This document shows, piece by piece, positions 23,858-36,765 of a stretch of DNA of 64,000 bases. Position numbers and translations under genes: made by a program. The DNA lies in the NCBI RefSeq assembly GCF_009914755.1, contig NC_060929.1; one strand, given 5' to 3'. Within the stretch, counting starts at the first letter, position 1, and each line of letters opens with the position of its first letter. The notes beneath the pieces were generated by a model, which was not told the origin of the DNA, ran no database searches, and saw only the letters and a list, made by a program, of their open reading frames with translations. This DNA comes from the human T2T-CHM13v2.0 reference genome, Homo sapiens.

Positions 23858-26574
23858 GAATTCCCAGTAACTTCCTTGTGTTGTGTACATTCAACTCACA
23901 GAGTTGAACGTTCCCTTAGACAGAGCAGATTTGAAACACTCTTTTTGTGCAATTGGCAAGTGGAGATTTCAAGCGCTTTAAGGTCAATGGCAGAAAAGGA
24001 AATATCTTCGTTTCAAAACTAGACAGAATTATTCCCACAAACTGCGTTGTGATGTGTTCGTTCAACTCACAGAGTTTAACCTTTCTTTTCATAGAGCAGT
24101 TAGGAAACAGTCTGTTTGTAAATTCTGTAAGTGGATATTCTGACATCTTGTGGCCTTCGTTGGAAACGGGATTTCTTCATATTCTGCTAGACAGAAGAAT
24201 TCTCAGAATCTTCCTTGTGTTGTGTGTATTCAACTCACAGAGTTGAACGATGGTTTACACAGAGCAGATTTGAAACACTCTTTTTGTGGAATTTGCAAGT
24301 GGAGATTTCAGCCGCTTTGAGGTCAATGGTAGAAAAGGAAATATCTTCGTATAAAAACTAGACAGAATGATTCTCAGAAACTTCTTTGTGATGTGTGCGT
24401 TCAACTCACAGAGTTTAACCTTTCTTTTCATAGAGCAGTTAGGAAACACTCTGTTTGTAAACTCTGCAAGTGGATATTCAGACCTCTTTGAGGCCTTCGT
24501 TGGAAACGGGATTTCTTCATACTGTGCTAGACAGAAGAATTCTCAGTAACTTCCTTGTGTTGTGTGTATTCAACTCACAGAGTTGAACAATCCTTTACAC
24601 AGAGCGGACTTGAAACACTCTTTTTGTGGAATTTGCAAGTGGAGATTTCAGCCGCGTTGAGGTCAATGGTAGAAAAGGAAATATCTTCGTATAAAAACTA
24701 GACAGAATGATTCTCAGAAACTCCTTTGTGATGTGTGTGTTCAACTCACAGAGTTTAACCTTTCTTTTCATAGAGCAGTTAGGAAACACTCTGTTTGTGA
24801 AGTCTGCAAGTGGATATTCAGACCTCTTTGAGGCCTTCTTTGGAAACGGGTTTTTTTCATATAAGGCTAGACAGAAGAATTCCCAGTAACTTCCTTGTGT
24901 TGTGTGTGTTCAACTCACAGAGTTGAACTTTCATTTACACAGAGCAGATTTGAAACACTCTTTTTGTGGAATTTGCAAGTGGAGATTTCAAGCGCTTTGA
25001 GGCCAAAGGCAGAAAAGGAAATATCTTCGTATAAAAACTAGACAGAATCATTCTCAGAAACTGCTCTGCGATGTGTGCGTTCAACTCTCAGAGTTTAATT
25101 TTTCTTTTCATTCAGCAGTTTGGAAACACTCTGTTTGTAAAGTCTGCACGTGCATAATTTGACCACTTAGAGGCCTTCGTTGGAAACGGGTTTTTTTCAT
25201 GTAAGGCTAGACAGAAGAATTCTCAGTAACTTCCTTGTGTTGTGTGTATTCAACTCACAGAGTTGAACGATCCTTTACACAGAGCAGACTTGTAACACTC
25301 TTTTTGTGGAATTTGCAAGTGGAGATTTCAGCCTCTTTGAAGTCAAAGGTAGAAAAGGAAATATCTTCCTATAAAAACTAGACAGAATGATTCTCAGAAA
25401 CTCCTTTGTGATGTGTGCGTTCAACTCACAGAGTTTAACCTTTCTTTTCATAGAGCAGTTAGGAAACACTCTGTTTGTAAAGTCTGCAAGTGGATATACA
25501 GACCTCTTTGAGGCCTTCGTTGGAAACGGGTTTTTTTCATATAAGGCTAGACAGAAGAATTCTCAGTAACTTCATTCTGTTGTGTGTATTCAACTCACAG
25601 AGTTGGAAGATCCTTTACACAGAGCGGACTTGAAACACTCTTTTTGTGGAATTTGCAAGTGGAGATTTCAGCCGCGTTGAGGTCAATGGTAGAAAAGGAA
25701 ATATCTTCGTATAAAAACTAGACAGATTGATTCTCAGAAACTCCTTTGTGATGTGTGTCTTCAACTCACAGAGTTTAAACTTTCTTTTCATAGAGCAGTT
25801 AGGAAACACTCTGTTTGAAACTCTGCAAGTGGATATTCAGACCTCTTTGAGGCCTTCGTTGGAAAAGGGTTTCTTCATATTGTGCTAGACAGAAGAATTC
25901 TCAGTAACTTCCTTGTGTTGTGTGTATTCAACTCACAGAGTTGAACGATCCTTTACACAGAGCGGACTTGAAACACTCTTTTTGTGGAATTTGCAAGTGG
26001 AGATTTCAGCCGCGTTGAGGTCAATGGTAGAAAAGGAAATATCTTCGTATAAAAACTAGACAGAATGATTCTCAGAAACTCCTTTGTGATGTGTGCGTTC
26101 AACTCACAGAGTTTAACCTTTCTTTTCCTAGAGCAGTTAGGAAACACTCTGTTTGTAAAGTCTGCAAGTGGATATTCAGACCTCTTTGAGGCCTTCGTTG
26201 GAAACGGGTTTTTTTCATATAAGCCTAGACAGAAGAATTCCCAGTAACTTCCTTGTGTTGTGTGTGTTCAACTCACAGAGTTGAACTTTCATTTACACAG
26301 AGCAGATTTGAAACACTCTTTTTGTGGAATTTGCAAGTGGAGATTTCAAGCGCTTTGAGGCCAAAGGCAGAAAAGGAAATATCTTCGTATAAAAAGTAGA
26401 CAGAATCACTCTCAGAAACTGCTCTGCGATGTGTGCGTTCAACTCTCAGAGTTTAACTTTTCTTTTCATTCAGCAGTTTGGAAACACTCTGTTTGTAAAG
26501 TCTGCACGTGGATATTTTGACCACTCAGAGGCCTTCGTTGGAAACGGTTTTTTTTCCTGTAAGGCTAGACAGAA
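23858..26574 (+). repeat. 16-mer variant A-B-C-D-E-C*-C-D' with three disrupted CENP-B boxes (also 32010-34727, 47639-50356, 59530-62247)
   Basis: A-dimer spacing is 2717-2718 bp. Boxes at 24835 (TTCT), 25854 (AGGG) and 26533 (CGGT) are altered in essential positions. Confidence 0.88.
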
Positions 26575-28612
26575 GAATTCCCAGTAACTTCCTTGTGTTG
26601 TGTACATTCAACTCACAGAGTTGAACGTTCCCTTAGACAGAGCAGATTTGAAACACTCTTTTTGTGCAATTGGCCAGTGGAGATTTCAAGCGCTTTAAGG
26701 TCAATGGCAGAAAAGGAAATATCTTCGTTTCAAAACTAGACAGAATCATTCCCACAAACTGCGTTGTGATGTGTTCGTTCAAATCACAGAGTTTAACCTT
26801 TCTTTTCGTAGAGCAGTTAGGAAACAGTCTGTTTGTAAATTCTGTAAGTGGATATTCTGACATCTTGTGGCCTTCGTTGGAAACGGGATTTCTTCATATT
26901 CTGCTAGACAGAAGAATTCTCAGAATCTTCCTTGTGTTGTGTGTATTCAACTCACAGAGTTGAACGATGGTTTACACAGAGCAGATTTGAAACACTCTTT
27001 TTGTGGAATTTGCAAGTGGAGATTTCAGCCGCTTTGAGGTCCATGGTAGAAAAGGAAATATCTTCGTATAAAAACTAGACAGAATGATTCTCAGAAACTT
27101 CTTTGTGATGTGTGCGTTCAACTCACAGAGTTTAACCTTTCTTTTCATAGAGCAGTTAGGAAACACTCTGTTTGTAAACTCTGCAAGTGGATATTCAGAC
27201 CTCTTTGAAGCCTTCGTTGGAAACGGGATTTCTTCATACTATGCTAGACAGAAGAATTCTCAGTAACTTCTTTGTGTTGTGTGTATTCAACTCACAGAGT
27301 TGAACGATCCTTTACACAGAGCAGACTTGAAACACTCGTTTTGTGGAATTTGCAAGTGGAGATTTCAGCCGCGTTGAGGTCAATGGTAGAAAAGGAAATA
27401 TCTTCGTATAAAAACTAGACAGAGTGATTCTCAGAAACTCCTTTGTGATGTGTGCATTCAACTCACAGAGTTTAACCTTTCTTTTCATAGAGCAGTTAGG
27501 AAACACTCTGTTTGTAAAGTCTGCAAGTGGATATTCAGACCTCTTTGAGGCCTTCGTTGGAAACGGGATTTTTTCATATAAGGCTAGACAGAAGAATTCC
27601 CAATAACTTCCTTGTGTTGTGTGTGTTCAACTCACAGAGTTGAACTTTCATTTACACAGAGCAGATTTGAAACACTCTTTTTGTGGAATTTGCAAATGGA
27701 GATTTCAAACGCTTTGAGGCCAAAGCAGAAAAGGAAATATCTTCGTATAAAAACTAGACAGAATCATTCTCAGAAACTGCTCTGCGATGTGTGCGTTCAA
27801 CTCTCAGAGTTTAACTTTTCTTTTCATTCAGCAGTTTGGAAACACTCTGTTTGTAAAGTCTGCACGTGGAGAATTTGACCACTTAGAGGCCTTCGTTGGA
27901 AACGGGTTTTTTTCATGTAAGGCTAGACAGAAGAATTCTCAGTAACTTCCTTGTGTTGTGTGTATTCAACTCACAGAGTTGAACGATCCTTTACACAGAG
28001 CAGACTTGTAACACTCTTTTTGTGGAATTTGCAAGTGGAGATTTCAGCCGCTTTGAAGTCAAAGTTAGAAAAGGAAATATCTTCCTTTAAAAATTAGACA
28101 GAATGATTCTCAGAAACTCCTTTGTGATGGGTGCGTTCAACTCACAGAGTTTAACCTTTCTTTTCATAGAGCAGTTAGGAAACACTCTGTTTGTAAAGTC
28201 TGCAAGTGGATATTCAGACCTCTTTGAGACCTTCGTTGGAAACGGGTTTTTTTCATATAAGGCTAGACAGAAGAATTCCCAGTAACTTGCTTGTGTTGTG
28301 TGTGTTCAACTCACAGAGTTGAACTTTGATTTACACAGAGCAGATTTGAAACACTCTTTTTGTGGAATTTGCAAGTGGAGATTTCAAGCGCTTTGAGGCC
28401 AAAGGCAGAAAAGGAAATATCTTCGTATAAAAACTAGACAGAATCATTCTCAGAAACTGCTCTGCGATGTGTGCGTTCAACTCTCAGAGTTTAACTTTTC
28501 TTTTCATTCAGCAGTTTGTAAACTCTCTGTTTGTAAAGTCTGCACGTGGATATTTTGACCACTTAGAGGCCTTCGTTGGAAACGGGTTTTTTTCCTGTAA
28601 GGCTAGACAGAA

Positions 28613-31600
28613 GAATTCCCAGTAACTTCCTTGTGTTGTGTACATTCAACTCACAGAGTTGAACGTTCCCTTAGACAGAGCAGATTTGAAACACTCTTTT
28701 TGTGCAATTGGCAAGTGGAGATTTCAAGCGCTTTAAGGTCAATGGCAGAAAAGGAAATATCTTCGTTTCAAAACTAGACAGAATCATTCCCACAAACTGC
28801 GTTGTGATGTGTTCGTTCATCTCACAGAGTTTAACCTTTCTTTTCATAGAGCAGTTAGGAAACACTCTGTTTGTAAATTCTGTAAGTGGATATTCTGACA
28901 TCTTGTGGCCTTCGTTGGAAACGGGATTTCTTCATATTCTGCTAGACAGAAGAATTCTCAGAATCTTCCTTGTGTTGTGTGTATTCAACTCACACAGTTG
29001 AACGATGGTTTACACAGAGCAGATTTGAAACACTCTTTTTGTGGAATTTGCAAGTGGAGATTTCAGCCGCTTTGAGGTCAATGGTAGAAAAGGAAATATC
29101 TTCGTATAAAAACTAGACAGAATGATTCTCAGAAACTTCTTTGTGATGTGTGCGTTCAACTCACAGAGTTTAACCTTTCTTTTCATAGAGCAGTTAGGAA
29201 ACACTCTGTTTGTAAACTCTGCAAGAGGATATTCAGACCTCTTTGAGGCCTTCGTTGGAAACGGGATTTCTTCATACTGTGCTAGACAGAAGAATTCTCA
29301 GTAACTTCCTTGTGTTGTGTGTATTCAACTCACAGAGTTGAACGATCCTTTACACAGAGCAGACTTGAAACACTCTTTTTGTGGAATTTGCAAGTGGAGA
29401 TTTCAGCCGCGTTGAGGTCAATGGTAGAAAAGGAAATATCTTCGTATAAAAACTAGACAGAATGATTCTCAGAAACTCCTTTGAGATGTGTGTGTTCAAC
29501 TCACAGAGTTTAACCTTTCTTTTCATAGAGCAGTTAGGAATCACACTGTTTGTAAAGTCTGCAAGTGGATATTCAGACCTCTTTGAGGCCTTCGTTGGAA
29601 ACGGGTTTTTTTCATATAAGGCTAGAGAGAAGAATTCCCAGTAACTTCCTTGTGTTGTGTGTGTTCAACTCACAGAGTTGAACTTTCATTTACACAGAGC
29701 AGATTTGAAACACTCTTTTTGTGGAATTTGCAAGTGGAGATTTCAAGCGCTTTGAGGCCAAAGGCAGAAAAGGAAATATCTTCGTATAAAAACTAGACAG
29801 AATCATTCTCAGAAACTGCTCTGTGATGTGTGCGTTCAACTCTCAGAGTTTAACTTTTCTTTTCATTCAGCAGTTTGGAAACACTCTGTTTGTAAAGTCT
29901 GCACGTGGATATTTTGACCACTTAGAGGCCTTCGTTGGAAACGGGTTTTTTTCCTGTAAGGCTAGACAGAAGAATTCCCAGTAACTTCCTTGTGTTGTGT
30001 ACATTCAACTCACAGAGTTGAACGTTCCCTTAGAAAGAGCAGATTTGAAACACTCTTTTTGTGCAATTGGCAAGTGGAGATTTCAAGCGATTTAAGGTCA
30101 ATGGCAGAAAAGGAAATATCTTCGTTTCAAAACTAGACAGAATCATTCCCACAAACTGCGTTGTGATGTGTTCGTTCAACTCACAGAGTTTAACCTTTCT
30201 TTTCATAGAGCAGTTAGGAAACAGTCTGTTTGTAAATTCTGTAAGTGGATATTCTGACATCTTGTGGCCTTCGTTGGAAACGGGATTTCTTCATATTCTG
30301 CTAGACAGAAGAATTCTCAGAATCTTCCTTGTGTTGTGTGTATTCAACTCACAGAGTTGAACGATGGTTTACACAGAACAGATTTGAAACACTCTTTTTG
30401 TGGAATTTGCAAGTGGAGATTTCAGCCGCTTTGAGGTCCATGGTAGAAAAGGAAATATCTTCGTGTAAAAACTAGACAGAATGATTCTCAGAAACTTCTT
30501 TGTGATGTGTGCGTTCAACTCACAGAGTTTAACCTTTCTTTTCATAGAGCAGTTAGGAAACACTCTGTTTGTAAACTCTGCAAGTGGATATACAGACCTC
30601 TTTGAGGCCTTCGTTGGAAACGGGATTTCTTCATACTGTGCTAGACAGAAGAATTCTCAGTAACTTCCTTGTGTTGTGTGTATTCAACTCACAGAGTTGA
30701 ACGATCCTTTACACAGAGCGGACTTGAAACACTCTTTTTGTGGAATTTGCAAGTGGAGATTTCAGGCGCGTTGAGGTCAATGGTAGAAAAGGAAATATCT
30801 TCGTATAAAAACTAGACAGAATGATTCTCAGAAACTCCTTTGTGATGTGTGTGTTCAACTCACAGAGTTTAACCTTTCTTTTCATAGAGCAGTTAGGAAA
30901 CACTCTGTTTGTAAAGTCTGCAAGTGGATATTCAGACCTCTTTGAGGCCTTCGTTGGAAACGGGTTTTTTTCATAGAAGGCTAGACAGAAGAATTCCCAG
31001 TAACTTCCTTGTGTTGTGTGTGTTCAACTCACAGAGTTGAACTTTCATTTACACAGAGCAGATTTGAAACACTCTTTTTCTGGAATTTGCAAGTGGAGAT
31101 TTCAAGCGCTTTGAGGCCAAAGGCAGAAAAGGAAATATCTTCGTATAAAAACTAGACAGAATCATTCTCAGAAACTGCTCTGCGATGTGTGTGTTCAACT
31201 CTCAGAGTTTAACTTTTCTTTTCATTCAGCAGTTTGGAAACACTCTGTTTGTAAAGTCTGCACGTGGATAATTTGACCACTTAGAGGCCTTCGTTGGAAA
31301 CGGGTTTTTTTCAGTAAGGCTAGATAGAAGAATTCTCAGTAACTTCCTTGTGTTGTGTGTATTCAACTCACAGAGTTGAACGATCCTTTACACAGAGCAG
31401 ACTTGTAACACTCTTTTTGTGGAATTTGCAAGTGGAGATTTCAGCCGCTTTGAAGTCAAAGGTAGAAAAGGAAATATCTTCCTATAAAAATTAGACAGAA
31501 TGATTCTCAGAAACTCCTTTGTGATGTGTGCGTTCAACTCACAGAGTTTAACCTTTCTTTTCATAGAGCAGTTGGGAAACACTCTGTTTGTAAAGTCTGC

Positions 31601-34600
31601 AAGTGGATATTCAGACCTCTTTGAGGCCTTCGTTGGAAACGGGTTTTTTTCATATAAGGCTAGACAGAAGAATTCCCAGTAACTTCCTTGTGTTGTGTGT
31701 GTTCAACTCACAGAGTTGAACTTTGATTTACACAGAGCAGATTTGAAACACTCCTTTTGTGGAATTTGCAAGTGGAGATTTCAAGCGCTTTGAGGCCAAA
31801 GGCAGAAAAGGAAATATCTTCGTATAAAAACTAGACAGAATCATTCTCAGAAACTGCTCTGCAATGTGTGCGTTCAACTCTCAGAGTTTAACTTTTCTTT
31901 TCATTCAGCAGTTTGTAAACACTCTGTTTGTAAAGTCTGCACGTCGATGTTTTGACCACTTAGAGGCCTTCGTTGGAAACGGGTTTTTTTCCTGTAACGC
32001 TAGACAGAAGAATTCCCAGTAACTTCCTTGTGTTGTGTACATTCAACTCACAGAGTTGAACGTTCCCTTAGACAGAGCAGATTTGAAACACTCTTTTTGT
32101 GCAATTGGCAAGTGGAGATTTCAAGCGCTTTAAGGTCAATGGCAGAAAAGGAAATATCTTCGTTTCAAAACTAGACAGAATTATTCCCACAAACTGCGTT
32201 GTGATGTGTTCGTTCAACTCACAGAGTTTAACCTTTCTTTTCATAGAGCAGTTAGGAAACAGTCTGTTTGTAAATTCTGTAAGTGGATATTCTGACATCT
32301 TGTGGCCTTCGTTGGAAACGGGATTTCTTCATATTCTGCTAGACAGAAGAATTCTCAGAATCTTCCTTGTGTTGTGTGTATTCAACTCACAGAGTTGAAC
32401 GATGGTTTACACAGAGCAGATTTGAAACACTCTTTTTGTGGAATTTGCAAGTGGAGATTTCAGCCGCTTTGAGGTCAATGGTAGAAAAGGAAATATCTTC
32501 GTATAAAAACTAGACAGAATGATTCTCAGAAACTTCTTTGTGATGTGTGCGTTCAACTCACAGAGTTTAACCTTTCTTTTCATAGAGCAGTTAGGAAACA
32601 CTCTGTTTGTAAACTCTGCAAGTGGATATTCAGACCTCTTTGAGGCCTTCGTTGGAAACGGGATTTCTTCATACTGTGCTAGACAGAAGAATTCTCAGTA
32701 ACTTCCTTGTGTTGTGTGTATTCAACTCACAGAGTTGAACAATCCTTTACACAGAGCGGACTTGAAACACTCTTTTTGTGGAATTTGCAAGTGGAGATTT
32801 CAGCCGCGTTGAGGTCAATGGTAGAAAAGGAAATATCTTCGTATAAAAACTAGACAGAATGATTCTCAGAAACTCCTTTGTGATGTGTGTGTTCAACTCA
32901 CAGAGTTTAACCTTTCTTTTCATAGAGCAGTTAGGAAACACTCTGTTTGTGAAGTCTGCAAGTGGATATTCAGACCTCTTTGAGGCCTTCTTTGGAAACG
33001 GGTTTTTTTCATATAAGGCTAGACAGAAGAATTCCCAGTAACTTCCTTGTGTTGTGTGTGTTCAACTCACAGAGTTGAACTTTCATTTACACAGAGCAGA
33101 TTTGAAACACTCTTTTTGTGGAATTTGCAAGTGGAGATTTCAAGCGCTTTGAGGCCAAAGGCAGAAAAGGAAATATCTTCGTATAAAAACTAGACAGAAT
33201 CATTCTCAGAAACTGCTCTGCGATGTGTGCGTTCAACTCTCAGAGTTTAATTTTTCTTTTCATTCAGCAGTTTGGAAACACTCTGTTTGTAAAGTCTGCA
33301 CGTGCATAATTTGACCACTTAGAGGCCTTCGTTGGAAACGGGTTTTTTTCATGTAAGGCTAGACAGAAGAATTCTCAGTAACTTCCTTGTGTTGTGTGTA
33401 TTCAACTCACAGAGTTGAACGATCCTTTACACAGAGCAGACTTGTAACACTCTTTTTGTGGAATTTGCAAGTGGAGATTTCAGCCTCTTTGAAGTCAAAG
33501 GTAGAAAAGGAAATATCTTCCTATAAAAACTAGACAGAATGATTCTCAGAAACTCCTTTGTGATGTGTGCGTTCAACTCACAGAGTTTAACCTTTCTTTT
33601 CATAGAGCAGTTAGGAAACACTCTGTTTGTAAAGTCTGCAAGTGGATATACAGACCTCTTTGAGGCCTTCGTTGGAAACGGGTTTTTTTCATATAAGGCT
33701 AGACAGAAGAATTCTCAGTAACTTCATTGTGTTGTGTGTATTCAACTCACAGAGTTGGAAGATCCTTTACACAGAGCGGACTTGAAACACTCTTTTTGTG
33801 GAATTTGCAAGTGGAGATTTCAGCCGCGTTGAGGTCAATGGTAGAAAAGGAAATATCTTCGTATAAAAACTAGACAGATTGATTCTCAGAAACTCCTTTG
33901 TGATGTGTGTCTTCAACTCACAGAGTTTAAACTTTCTTTTCATAGAGCAGTTAGGAAACACTCTGTTTGTAAACTCTGCAAGTGGATATTCAGACCTCTT
34001 TGAGGCCTTCGTTGGAAAAGGGTTTCTTCATATTGTGCTAGACAGAAGAATTCTCAGTAACTTCCTTGTGTTGTGTGTATTCAACTCACAGAGTTGAACG
34101 ATCCTTTACACAGAGCGGACTTGAAACACTCTTTTTGTGGAATTTGCAAGTGGAGATTTCAGCCGCGTTGAGGTCAATGGTAGAAAAGGAAATATCTTCG
34201 TATAAAAACTAGACAGAATGATTCTCAGAAACTCCTTTGTGATGTGTGCGTTCAACTCACAGAGTTTAACCTTTCTTTTCCTAGAGCAGTTAGGAAACAC
34301 TCTGTTTGTAAAGTCTGCAAGTGGATATTCAGACCTCTTTGAGGCCTTCGTTGGAAACGGGTTTTTTTCATATAAGCCTAGACAGAAGAATTCCCAGTAA
34401 CTTCCTTGTGTTGTGTGTGTTCAACTCACAGAGTTGAACTTTCATTTACACAGAGCAGATTTGAAACACTCTTTTTGTGGAATTTGCAAGTGGAGATTTC
34501 AAGCGCTTTGAGGCCAAAGGCAGAAAAGGAAATATCTTCGTATAAAAAGTAGACAGAATCACTCTCAGAAACTGCTCTGCGATGTGTGCGTTCAACTCTC

Positions 34601-36765
34601 AGAGTTTAACTTTTCTTTTCATTCAGCAGTTTGGAAACACTCTGTTTGTAAAGTCTGCACGTGGATATTTTGACCACTCAGAGGCCTTCGTTGGAAACGG
34701 TTTTTTTTCCTGTAAGGCTAGACAGAAGAATTCCCAGTAACTTCCTTGTGTTGTGTACATTCAACTCACAGAGTTGAACGTTCCCTTAGACAGAGCAGAT
34801 TTGAAACACTCTTTTTGTGCAATTGGCCAGTGGAGATTTCAAGCGCTTTAAGGTCAATGGCAGAAAAGGAAATATCTTCGTTTCAAAACTAGACAGAATC
34901 ATTCCCACAAACTGCGTTGTGATGTGTTCGTTCAAATCACAGAGTTTAACCTTTCTTTTCGTAGAGCAGTTAGGAAACAGTCTGTTTGTAAATTCTGTAA
35001 GTGGATATTCTGACATCTTGTGGCCTTCGTTGGAAACGGGATTTCTTCATATTCTGCTAGACAGAAGAATTCTCAGAATCTTCCTTGTGTTGTGTGTATT
35101 CAACTCACAGAGTTGAACGATGGTTTACACAGAGCAGATTTGAAACACTCTTTTTGTGGAATTTGCAAGTGGAGATTTCAGCCGCTTTGAGGTCCATGGT
35201 AGAAAAGGAAATATCTTCGTATAAAAACTAGACAGAATGATTCTCAGAAACTTCTTTGTGATGTGTGCGTTCAACTCACAGAGTTTAACCTTTCTTTTCA
35301 TAGAGCAGTTAGGAAACACTCTGTTTGTAAACTCTGCAAGTGGATATTCAGACCTCTTTGAAGCCTTCGTTGGAAACGGGATTTCTTCATACTATGCTAG
35401 ACAGAAGAATTCTCAGTAACTTCTTTGTGTTGTGTGTATTCAACTCACAGAGTTGAACGATCCTTTACACAGAGCAGACTTGAAACACTCGTTTTGTGGA
35501 ATTTGCAAGTGGAGATTTCAGCCGCGTTGAGGTCAATGGTAGAAAAGGAAATATCTTCGTATAAAAACTAGACAGAGTGATTCTCAGAAACTCCTTTGTG
35601 ATGTGTGCATTCAACTCACAGAGTTTAACCTTTCTTTTCATAGAGCAGTTAGGAAACACTCTGTTTGTAAAGTCTGCAAGTGGATATTCAGACCTCTTTG
35701 AGGCCTTCGTTGGAAACGGGATTTTTTCATATAAGGCTAGACAGAAGAATTCCCAATAACTTCCTTGTGTTGTGTGTGTTCAACTCACAGAGTTGAACTT
35801 TCATTTACACAGAGCAGATTTGAAACACTCTTTTTGTGGAATTTGCAAATGGAGATTTCAAACGCTTTGAGGCCAAAGCAGAAAAGGAAATATCTTCGTA
35901 TAAAAACTAGACAGAATCATTCTCAGAAACTGCTCTGCGATGTGTGCGTTCAACTCTCAGAGTTTAACTTTTCTTTTCATTCAGCAGTTTGGAAACACTC
36001 TGTTTGTAAAGTCTGCACGTGGAGAATTTGACCACTTAGAGGCCTTCGTTGGAAACGGGTTTTTTTCATGTAAGGCTAGACAGAAGAATTCTCAGTAACT
36101 TCCTTGTGTTGTGTGTATTCAACTCACAGAGTTGAACGATCCTTTACACAGAGCAGACTTGTAACACTCTTTTTGTGGAATTTGCAAGTGGAGATTTCAG
36201 CCGCTTTGAAGTCAAAGTTAGAAAAGGAAATATCTTCCTTTAAAAATTAGACAGAATGATTCTCAGAAACTCCTTTGTGATGGGTGCGTTCAACTCACAG
36301 AGTTTAACCTTTCTTTTCATAGAGCAGTTAGGAAACACTCTGTTTGTAAAGTCTGCAAGTGGATATTCAGACCTCTTTGAGACCTTCGTTGGAAACGGGT
36401 TTTTTTCATATAAGGCTAGACAGAAGAATTCCCAGTAACTTGCTTGTGTTGTGTGTGTTCAACTCACAGAGTTGAACTTTGATTTACACAGAGCAGATTT
36501 GAAACACTCTTTTTGTGGAATTTGCAAGTGGAGATTTCAAGCGCTTTGAGGCCAAAGGCAGAAAAGGAAATATCTTCGTATAAAAACTAGACAGAATCAT
36601 TCTCAGAAACTGCTCTGCGATGTGTGCGTTCAACTCTCAGAGTTTAACTTTTCTTTTCATTCAGCAGTTTGTAAACTCTCTGTTTGTAAAGTCTGCACGT
36701 GGATATTTTGACCACTTAGAGGCCTTCGTTGGAAACGGGTTTTTTTCCTGTAAGGCTAGACAGAA
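28613..36765 (+). repeat. Macro-repeat copy U2 (8153 bp, internally deleted; 8+12+16+12-mers)
   Basis: The first ~1 kb matches the U1 start. The remainder matches 21.7-28.6 kb at offset 8152-8153 (21909/30061, 23947/32099, 26664/34817, 27612/35765). Confidence 0.9.

Larger units (their letters stand above)
13665..28612 (+). repeat. Macro-repeat copy U1 (14,948 bp; 16+10+12+10+12+16+12-mers)
   Basis: Begins with A, then B carrying GCAAGAGG, then C carrying CTAGAGAG. The same start recurs at 28613 and 36766. Confidence 0.88.

Noticed and set aside
25570-25825. Two changes private to the U1 copy of C* (TTCATTCTGT; 1-bp deletion in TTTGAAACTC)
   Set aside because: They are singletons that cannot be told apart from sequencing or consensus error without reads.
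27612-27878. 88-aa ORF seen only four times (27612, 35765, 51394, 63285)
   Set aside because: It arises from local variants including a 1-bp deletion (CAAAGCAG) in a D dimer. It marks the duplicated block and is not a gene.
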